Source of the DNA: Microbacteriaceae bacterium
GTDB lineage: Bacteria; Actinomycetota; Actinomycetes; Actinomycetales; Microbacteriaceae
Direction of reading: 5' to 3'
DNA length: 64,000 nt
Assembly: GCA_014378715.1 (NCBI GenBank)
Contig: JACMNE010000004.1
Coordinates: 7,725 to 71,724, forward strand
This document shows, one piece after another, positions 56,232 to 64,000 of this stretch (the first letter of the stretch is position 1; every line of letters starts with the position of its first letter). A program made the translations under genes and the position numbers. The notes under the pieces were generated by a model that saw only the letters and a program-made list of their open reading frames with translations, searched no databases and was not told the DNA's origin.

Positions 56232-58382
56232 TCAGCCCAGATAGCGGCGGGGAAGCTCGGGGCTGACGCGTACCGCGAGCTCCTCCCCGATCGTCCCCAG
56301 AGTGTCCGCCCAGTCCTGGAGGGTGAGTTCGCCCTCCGCTCCCCCGAAGATCACCACACGGTCGCCCTCCTCCGCCGAACCGTCATCTGATCCGAGGTCG
56401 ATCTCCAGGTGGCGCGCTTCGACGCGGCCGACGATCGGGTATCGGCGACCGTCAATCGTCACGGGCAGGAGGCCGGGGCAGCCCGCGGGGATTCCGTGCG
56501 CGGTGCCGAGCGAGACAACGCCGGTGCGCCCGGTGTTGCTCGCACGAACTGCGGTGAGGGTGCCCGCCAGCGTCATCACGGGCGCCAGGCCGAGGTCGGC
56601 CGGTCCCACCCCTCCTCCGGGAGCGATCCCGTAGGTGAACGCTCCCATCCGCACCAGATCAAACCGACAGTCGTCGCGGGCGAAACCCGCGGCGCTGGCG
56701 GCGAGGTGGGTGACGGAAACGTGCGCCCCCAGGTCCTCCGCCACCGCGATGGCAATCCGGAACCTCTCGGCAGCGGCGGTGTCTTCGTCGTCGGATGCCT
56801 CGGCGATGTGCGTCCACACCCCGGTGAGCTGGGCCAGCCCGGCCCGCTCCAACTCGAGGGCGGCCGCTACCAGCGGTGGCCATTCCTGCTCCGTTGCTCC
56901 GTTCCGGTGCAGTCCGGTGTCGATCTTCAGGTGGAGACGCGCCGGAACACTCGCCCCGCTCGTCCCGATCGCCTCCAGCTGGTCGATCGTCGACACACCC
57001 AGCTCGATGCGCGCGTCGATGGCCGACCGATAGTCGTCCCAGGGTCCGAGAAGCCAGGCGAACAGGGAGACCTCGTGGCCGATCCCCGCGGACCGGAGGG
57101 TGAGGCCGGTTGTCACGTCGAGCACCCCGATCCGGGTGACTCCAGCGGCGACGGCCGCCCTGGCGATGGGCAGGAGCCCGTGTCCGTAGGCGTCACCCTT
57201 GATGACGGCCATCAGCTCGGACGGGGCAAGGCGGTCGCGCAGCAGTGTGAGATTGCGGCGGTACGCGTCGAGGTCGATCGTGACCACGCCCTCGGCACCC
57301 TCGGGGTTCAGCTGGCGGCGATCGAGATCTACCCGATCCCGGCACAACCCGATGGCGAACGCGGTGGCGGTATCGACCGGGGTGCGTCCGACTGCCGCCG
57401 CCCAGGTCGCAATGCCGGGTTCGCCCCGGGCCGGATCCCCGACGATCACCACCTCCGCGCCGATCCTGGTCGTCGCCGACCCCAGGTCGAGCACGATGAC
57501 GTCCATGGCTACGCGACCCGCGATCGGGTAGAGCACACCGTCGAGCCACGCGACCCCACGGTTGCCGGCCACCCGGTCCAGTCCATGCACGTAGCCGATC
57601 GAGACCAGCGCGAGGTTGCTGCGCTGGCTTGTTCGGTAGGTGTAGCCGTAGGAGATCCCCTCCCCGGCGTCGACGGTCTTTGTGGCGACGACGGTCGCGG
57701 TCACCCTCAGGGCCGAGGCGAGGGTGGCCCCGTCGCCGAACGGGACCCCGACGAGTTCGCGGTCGATCACGATCGCCGTCGAGCCGGCCGAGACTCCGCC
57801 GAGTCGCCCGGTCAGGGGAGGAGCCAGCCCGGCGCGGGTGGCGGCGGTGACGACGGTCTCGAACTCGGAGCCGATTGCCGTCACGGCGGCGGGGACGTCC
57901 GCACCGGGGAAGCCCCACAGTCCGTCCACTCGCAGATCGCCCCGGCTCTCGAGCCCGGCCGCCTCCGCGAGCGTCACCGCGAGATCCCGGCTGCTGAACC
58001 CGCGCACCCCGCTGCCGAGCGCCGCGGCGAGTTGCACGTGGTGCAGGCCGGCTCGCGCCGCCTCCTCGAGTCCGGCGACGGAGGAGACCACGGGCACCAC
58101 CGTGTGGTCCAGATAGGAGCGCGGATCGTCGGTGGGCCTGTGCCACGCGGCGAGGACGGACCCGACCCCGGCATTCCGCACGGCGATCGCGTCGTCGAGT
58201 GTGGCGACGATCAGGGAGTCGATCCCCCCGGCGCTGGCTGCTGCGGCAAGCGCGGAGGTCGCCGTGGCCCAGCTCGACAGGTCGGCGACGATAGCGACAT
58301 CCGCTGATGCCTGTCGCACTGCCCGCAGGTTGCCCGCAACGGCGTCGGCGCTGAGCGAGAGGGAGTGCAGAGGGCGCCTCAC
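56232..58382 (-). CDS. Tandem (head-to-tail) fusion of two alanine-racemase-fold modules
   Basis: 716 aa, GTG start at 58382. C-terminal module carries AVIKGDAYGHG, HLKIDTGLHRNG, WTHIA, VRMGAFTYG. N-terminal module carries GEGISYGYTYRT, SIGYVHGLDR, GRVAMDV but no PLP lysine motif. See findings. Confidence 0.85.
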   Translation of the reverse strand: MRRPLHSLSLSADAVAGNLRAVRQASADVAIVADLSSWATATSALAAAASAGGIDSLIVATLDDAIAVRNAGVGSVLAAWHRPTDDPRSYLDHTVVPVVSSVAGLEEAARAGLHHVQLAAALGSGVRGFSSRDLAVTLAEAAGLESRGDLRVDGLWGFPGADVPAAVTAIGSEFETVVTAATRAGLAPPLTGRLGGVSAGSTAIVIDRELVGVPFGDGATLASALRVTATVVATKTVDAGEGISYGYTYRTSQRSNLALVSIGYVHGLDRVAGNRGVAWLDGVLYPIAGRVAMDVIVLDLGSATTRIGAEVVIVGDPARGEPGIATWAAAVGRTPVDTATAFAIGLCRDRVDLDRRQLNPEGAEGVVTIDLDAYRRNLTLLRDRLAPSELMAVIKGDAYGHGLLPIARAAVAAGVTRIGVLDVTTGLTLRSAGIGHEVSLFAWLLGPWDDYRSAIDARIELGVSTIDQLEAIGTSGASVPARLHLKIDTGLHRNGATEQEWPPLVAAALELERAGLAQLTGVWTHIAEASDDEDTAAAERFRIAIAVAEDLGAHVSVTHLAASAAGFARDDCRFDLVRMGAFTYGIAPGGGVGPADLGLAPVMTLAGTLTAVRASNTGRTGVVSLGTAHGIPAGCPGLLPVTIDGRRYPIVGRVEARHLEIDLGSDDGSAEEGDRVVIFGGAEGELTLQDWADTLGTIGEELAVRVSPELPRRYLG

Positions 58383-58548
58383 ACATTCCCTTCGTCGAAC
58401 ACGAGCACTATCGACCCCACTCTATCCCGCGGGCGCTGCCAGGAAGCCGGGCTCCGGCCGCCCTCCTCCCTGGTTCACCCACACCCTGGCTGTAGGCTGG
58501 CAGATGGAAATCAGACGTATGCACGACAAATCTTTGGGAGAGAACACC

Positions 58549-59586
58549 GTGGCCTCAGGCACAACCCCACCGCAGAGCCTCGGGCTTCGGACCCGTCTCA
58601 AGTACGTGGCGGAGCGTGTTCGTGGATTCGACGGGGCGTCGCTCCTGACCAGGGCGAGGGCGGTCGCGGCGACAACCCACAAACCGGTCGTCTCTGTGCT
58701 GTGCGACATGCTCTACTCGGCCGCCTTCCGGCACACGGCCTTCCAGGACTACGTCGATTTCGACTTCGCTCTCCTCACCCGGGCGGAGCGGGCGACATTC
58801 ATGACCCACTCTTTCTCCAATCACATCGCGGACAAGTTCGACCACCCGGACTACCGGGTGCTCTTTCACAACAAGATTGAGTTCAACCGCACTTTCGGCG
58901 AGTTCCTCGGGCGGGAGTGGCTCGACATCAGGCGGGCCTCGGCGCAGGACCTGCGCGAGTTCGCCCAACGCCACGGGCGCATCATCGGCAAGGTTCCGGT
59001 CAGTGACTCCGGACACGGGGTGTCCCGGTACGAGGCGGATGAGATCGACGACTGGGATGCGTTCCTCGCGGAGCTCCTCCGCACAGGCCAGACCCTCGTC
59101 GAGGAGAACATCCAGCAGCACCCCGACCTCGCGGTCATCTGCCCCGGGACCGCGAACACGACCCGGGTCACGGCGTTCTTCGACGGAAGCCAGTCCCACA
59201 TCCTCTCGATGGCGCAAAAGTTCGGCCGCGGCCAGGCCAGCGACCAGCAGACGTTCGGGGGCTTCTACACCATGCTCGATGACAACGGCGCGTCCCGCGG
59301 GCCCGGGTACGACTCCCACGACGGCGTCTTCGCGACCCACCCGGAGTCTGGCGTGTCGATCCCCGACTTCCGCCTCCCGATGATGCCTGAGCTGCGAGAG
59401 TTCATCGACCGGGTCAGCCGGGTGGTGCCCCAGGTGCAATACGTCGGCTGGGACATCGTGATCGGTCCGTCCGGCCCGGTGCTCGTCGAGGGCAACTGGG
59501 GAGCCGGCGTCTACGAGAACAAGCCCAGTGTCACCGGAATCCGCACCGGCAGCCTGCCTCGATTCCGGAGCGTCATCGGGTTCTAG
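58549..59586 (+). CDS. ATP-grasp fold amidoligase (resembles the sugar-transfer-associated ATP-grasp family)
   Basis: ORF 58132..59586 trimmed to GTG 58549 (GGGAGAG 6 nt upstream; codons upstream have low GC3). ATP-grasp motifs RIIGKVPVSDSGHGV, LVEENIQQHP, VGWDIVIGPSGPVLVEGNWGAG (ExN). Confidence 0.75.
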   Translation: MASGTTPPQSLGLRTRLKYVAERVRGFDGASLLTRARAVAATTHKPVVSVLCDMLYSAAFRHTAFQDYVDFDFALLTRAERATFMTHSFSNHIADKFDHPDYRVLFHNKIEFNRTFGEFLGREWLDIRRASAQDLREFAQRHGRIIGKVPVSDSGHGVSRYEADEIDDWDAFLAELLRTGQTLVEENIQQHPDLAVICPGTANTTRVTAFFDGSQSHILSMAQKFGRGQASDQQTFGGFYTMLDDNGASRGPGYDSHDGVFATHPESGVSIPDFRLPMMPELREFIDRVSRVVPQVQYVGWDIVIGPSGPVLVEGNWGAGVYENKPSVTGIRTGSLPRFRSVIGF

Positions 59587-59644
59587 CGTCCCTGCCGCGC
59601 GGCGACAGCCGGGGTCGTCCACGTGGGGCCCCGGCGAAGGGCGC

Positions 59645-59931
59645 TTAGGTCGTCCGCCGGCGCAGCATATCGCGGGCGACGCCGAATTCCGGCGTGCGGT
59701 GCTCCACGGGGACGGCGAAGCTGCCCCCGACGGTGAGGGAGACCACATTGTTGACGACGGGTGCCACGCGTAGGAGGCGAAGATCACGGAGTAGAACAGC
59801 TGTGGGATGCACCACTCGGCGAACAACGTCGGGGGCTCGTGCCGGTCCGCGGTGATGCTGTTCGGGAGCTGGTTAGCTGTCGCGAACGCATCGCAGGCAT
59901 GTCCGATGGCCACGATTGCCCCGACGAGCAC
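59645..59931 (-). pseudogene. Small membrane-protein ORF interrupted by a frameshift (or sequencing error)
   Basis: Two consecutive high-GC3 minus-strand frames. First frame: VLVGAIVAIGHACDAFATANQLPNSITADRHEPPTLFAEWCIPQLFYSVIFASYAWH. Second frame, after a 1-nt shift near 59759-59766: PVVNNVVSLTVGGSFAVPVEHRTPEFGVARDMLRRRTT, ending at stop TAA 59647-59645. Confidence 0.4.
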
Positions 59932-60069
59932 GATTCTCCGGAGCAGGCGGTGGTCCGGGAGTCGAGGGTTCCCGCCGCGATCATCGAGCTCGCTCGGCCG
60001 AGTCTCCTCAGCTCGCCGCTCTCACTGCGGGGAGCGAACGCACCCGGCCCGGCCCGGGGCGATGCTGCC

Positions 60070-60771
60070 TCACTGCTCGCGGCGGATGATGCCCATCGGG
60101 GTAGACTGGTGCCCCTGACCGAGTGGATTGTCGCGCAGCACCCGCTCGAGGGTGCGGGTTCTGGCGCGATCGACCGTTGATCCGAGCACATTCCCACCCA
60201 GGTCGTTGATGTCGGTGATGAGCACTTCGACATTACCTCCAAGAGCCGCCCGAAGGGCCCGCGCGACCTCGTGGGGACGCTCGGGGGCAAGGACGACGTG
60301 GGCGTTGAATGGCGGTATGGTTCCGCTGGTCGGACCGTCGATCCCGCGGGCCTTGGGGCCGGCGACCCGGTAGAAGTCACCCCGGCGTCCGAACGGCTTC
60401 GTGACGGCTGCTACGGCGGCGGCGAGTACGATGCGCGGTGTGCCGCACTCGCGCAGCGCCATCTCCATCGTCTGCGGGAGCCCGAGGCCTATGCCGCTCG
60501 GCGTGCGTGCCACGTGGCCGGACAGCCACGTGGCCAGTTTGCGCGGGATGATGGATTCAGTCGGATATGAGCGCCCCTGCGTGATGGCGACGATCTTCTC
60601 GGTCACAAAAAGCACGTCGCGGTCGCGGAGAAGTGCGGAGGCGAACGTGGTGACCACCTCGGTGATGTCGTCGCCTTCCAGTACGAGCTTGGTCTTGATC
60701 GGGATGCGCAGGTAGCGCACGCCGTCGACGACCGTCTCCAGCTGCTTGCCGTCGTTCGCTTTAGCGGGCAT
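60070..60771 (-). CDS. CofE-like (F420-0:gamma-glutamyl ligase fold) protein
   Basis: 233 aa. DVLFVTEKIVAITQGRSY, ARGIDGPTSG, VEVLITDINDLGGNVLGST and NPLGQGHQSTPMGIIRRE resemble the PF01996 family pattern. Assigned from motif memory, not from a search. Confidence 0.6.
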   Translation of the reverse strand: MPAKANDGKQLETVVDGVRYLRIPIKTKLVLEGDDITEVVTTFASALLRDRDVLFVTEKIVAITQGRSYPTESIIPRKLATWLSGHVARTPSGIGLGLPQTMEMALRECGTPRIVLAAAVAAVTKPFGRRGDFYRVAGPKARGIDGPTSGTIPPFNAHVVLAPERPHEVARALRAALGGNVEVLITDINDLGGNVLGSTVDRARTRTLERVLRDNPLGQGHQSTPMGIIRREQ

Positions 60772-60811
60772 CTGGGCGCACTCCCCTAGTGGTATCGGGC
60801 ATCCGCTAGGT

Positions 60812-62161
<1,350 letters not shown>

Positions 62162-62258
62162 GAGGGTACCTTTCAGGTTCTTGCTGCAGTCGTTCTCGGG
62201 TGGTCGTCGAGGCCCTCGCACGGGGTGATCGTGCCGCTGGTTCGGGGGTGGGAGGCGT

Positions 62259-62288
62259 GTTTTTGGGCAGTACGTTTTTGGGCAGTAC
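62259..62288. repeat. 15-bp perfect tandem repeat x2 in the rpoD upstream region
   Basis: gtttttgggcagtac gtttttgggcagtac (minus strand GTACTGCCCAAAAAC x2), 98-127 nt upstream of the rpoD ATG. Confidence 0.85.
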
Positions 62289-62413
62289 TAAGACCCATGT
62301 CAAGTTCCTGAGGTTTGCGCGGAGAAACCTGCGTCAAACCCCTGGTACGTGAACGGGTCCTACGTCAATTATTGCACGGATTGCCGACACACCTTGACAA
62401 TCGACCGCCCCGT

Positions 62414-63751
62414 CTAGTCTGATCCGCGCCGCCAGATCCTGGCGAGTGCAACCCAGATCGGGGCCACCTGTATTCCCTCGTCCTCGCGGAGCTGCGACCG
62501 GGTGCGACGCCTGGCGCGGATGACGAAGGCGACGCCGATGCCCACCACGATGTAGGGCACGAGGAGCGCGATGCGGAACGAATCCCAGGCGAACACATCG
62601 GAGGGGTGCCCCAGCGCGATCCTGGCTCGGTCGAAGGCGTCGAGGACCACACCGATGAGGAACATCATCACGAAGCTGGCAAAGAATCCGCCGACGTTGA
62701 CCACCCCGTTCGCCGACCCCTGGCTGCGCATTGGGTTGAAGGTGCGGGCGAAGTCGAATCCGATCAGGGATCCGGGTCCCCCGACCCCGAGAACGAGGAT
62801 GAGGAGCACGACGAGCCAGAACGGCGGCCCCCCCGGCCAGGCGACGACCGCCGACCAGACGAGGCCCATCGCGGTGACGATGGCGAGGACCAGGTTCGAG
62901 CGGCGCATCGGGAACCGGGCTGTGAGGATGCCGATGACGGGCCCGGAAATCATTCCCGCAATGACGATGAGGGTGAGTAGCCCGGAGGCAGTCGCCCGGG
63001 AGTACCCGAGCGCGCCGGTCAGGAGGGGAAAGCCCCAGAGGAGCGAGATGACCGTGCCGGGCGACTGCGTGATGAAGTGGGACCAGAATCCCAGCTGCGT
63101 TCCCGGGCGTCTCAGGCTCTGCCGCAGCAGCCCCATCGCCTCGCCCCAGCTCCGCGCCGGCTCGTGCACGGGCGCTCCGTCCGGTCCGTTGCGCACAAGC
63201 ACCAGCACCAGCACCGCGGCGACGACCGACAGCGCGGCGGCGGCGACGAACGCGGGAGACCAGCCGAAGCCTTGCAGGGCGATCGACAGCGGGATCGCCG
63301 AGAGCACCTGGCCGAGCTGGCCGACGTTGCCCGTCCACTGGGAGACCTGCGGCAGGATGCGCCCGGAGAACCAGGCGGTGAGCAAGCGGATGACGGAGAT
63401 GAACGTCAACGCGTCGCCCGCACCGACCAGGACGCGACCGACGATCGCGACGCCGATCGACGGGGCGAGGGCGAGGGTCAGCTGGCCGGCCGCCATGAGC
63501 ACGGCGCCCGCGCAGATGAGCACTCGCGGCCCGAGCCGGTCGAGGATGACCCCGACCGGAATCTGCAGGGCCGCGTAGACCGCAAGCTGCAGCACGGCGA
63601 GGCTGGACAGCGCGGATGCCGACACCTGGAACCGCTCGGCGGCATCGACGCTCGAGACCCCGAGCGAGGTGCGCTGCATGACCGCGATGACGTAGGCGGT
63701 GACGGCGACCCCCCACACCAGCCAGGAACGAGCGGAATTCATCCTGCCCAC
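62414..63751 (-). CDS. MFS transporter
   Basis: 445 aa, 12 predicted TM helices, MFS loop motif GVILDRLGPRVLI between TM2 and TM3. Confidence 0.85.
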   Translation of the reverse strand: MGRMNSARSWLVWGVAVTAYVIAVMQRTSLGVSSVDAAERFQVSASALSSLAVLQLAVYAALQIPVGVILDRLGPRVLICAGAVLMAAGQLTLALAPSIGVAIVGRVLVGAGDALTFISVIRLLTAWFSGRILPQVSQWTGNVGQLGQVLSAIPLSIALQGFGWSPAFVAAAALSVVAAVLVLVLVRNGPDGAPVHEPARSWGEAMGLLRQSLRRPGTQLGFWSHFITQSPGTVISLLWGFPLLTGALGYSRATASGLLTLIVIAGMISGPVIGILTARFPMRRSNLVLAIVTAMGLVWSAVVAWPGGPPFWLVVLLILVLGVGGPGSLIGFDFARTFNPMRSQGSANGVVNVGGFFASFVMMFLIGVVLDAFDRARIALGHPSDVFAWDSFRIALLVPYIVVGIGVAFVIRARRRTRSQLREDEGIQVAPIWVALARIWRRGSD

Positions 63752-63790
63752 TGTATCGGGCGGCCGGTTCGCCCGGGCGTCCCCCTCGGG

Positions 63791-64000
63791 TCAGGCGCGG
63801 AAGTCGTCGTCCGCGCCGGGCCGGCTGGCGAGGAAGTGTTCCAACTCGGCGGCGATCTCGTCGGCGGACGGCAGCTCGCCGTCTTCATCGGTGAGCGGTG
63901 ACCGGAGCGGATTGCCCTCCATGTAGGAGTCGTGGCGATCCTCGAGGGTCGACACGAGCTTCGCAAGCTCAGGATTGGTCTGCACCTGCGCGTCGATCTT
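63791..64000 (-). CDS. C-terminal fragment of a CDS continuing beyond the window end (possibly PAC2 family)
   Basis: Frame is open from nt 64000: KIDAQVQTNPELAKLVSTLEDRHDSYMEGNPLRSPLTDEDGELPSADEIAAELEHFLASRPG... The acidic tail with LPSxDEIAAELExFL resembles actinobacterial PAC2-family C-termini. Function call is weak. Confidence 0.4.
   Translation of the reverse strand, partial: KIDAQVQTNPELAKLVSTLEDRHDSYMEGNPLRSPLTDEDGELPSADEIAAELEHFLASRPGADDDFRA

Noticed and set aside
62391-62417. Plus-strand promoter-like TTGACA-N15-TAGTCT
   Set aside because: The spacer is too short (15 nt). It also points antisense into the 3' end of the MFS gene, with no downstream plus-strand gene. It is likely a chance match.

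Overview
High-GC (about 70%) actinobacterial chromosome segment. Gene order and the set of actinobacteria-specific DUF genes suggest Micrococcales, possibly Microbacteriaceae, but that placement is an inference. Most of the window is densely packed core genes: alaS-rpsD-rarA; relA; rhodanese-secF-secD-yajC-ruvBAC-yebC-pdxTS-HIT-thrS on the minus strand; four tRNAs; zapE, sseA-sufE, rnd, fadAB, dxs, acn; the DUF3159/DUF3710/dut/DUF3093/DUF4193/sepH block; topoisomerase IV parC/parE; and the principal sigma factor. I saw no transposase, integrase, phage gene or CRISPR array. Two stretches look accessory. (1) 20.3-29.2 kb holds formaldehyde dehydrogenase, a YdeP/FdhF-like molybdoenzyme with FdhD, DUF2071, a degenerate ammonium-transporter-fold protein, a LysR regulator and a bona fide amt with no glnK beside it. 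(2) 56.2-60.8 kb, between parE and rpoD, holds a 716-aa head-to-tail fusion of two alanine-racemase folds. The two halves have lost complementary catalytic residues, so a single composite Lys/Tyr active site is predicted. It is divergently paired with an ATP-grasp amidoligase and followed by a frameshifted small membrane ORF and an orphan CofE-like ligase. I rank this cluster as the best candidate for an undescribed system. Many long ORFs in the six-frame track are antisense or alternate-frame artefacts of the high GC content and were discarded, and several N-terminal extensions were trimmed.
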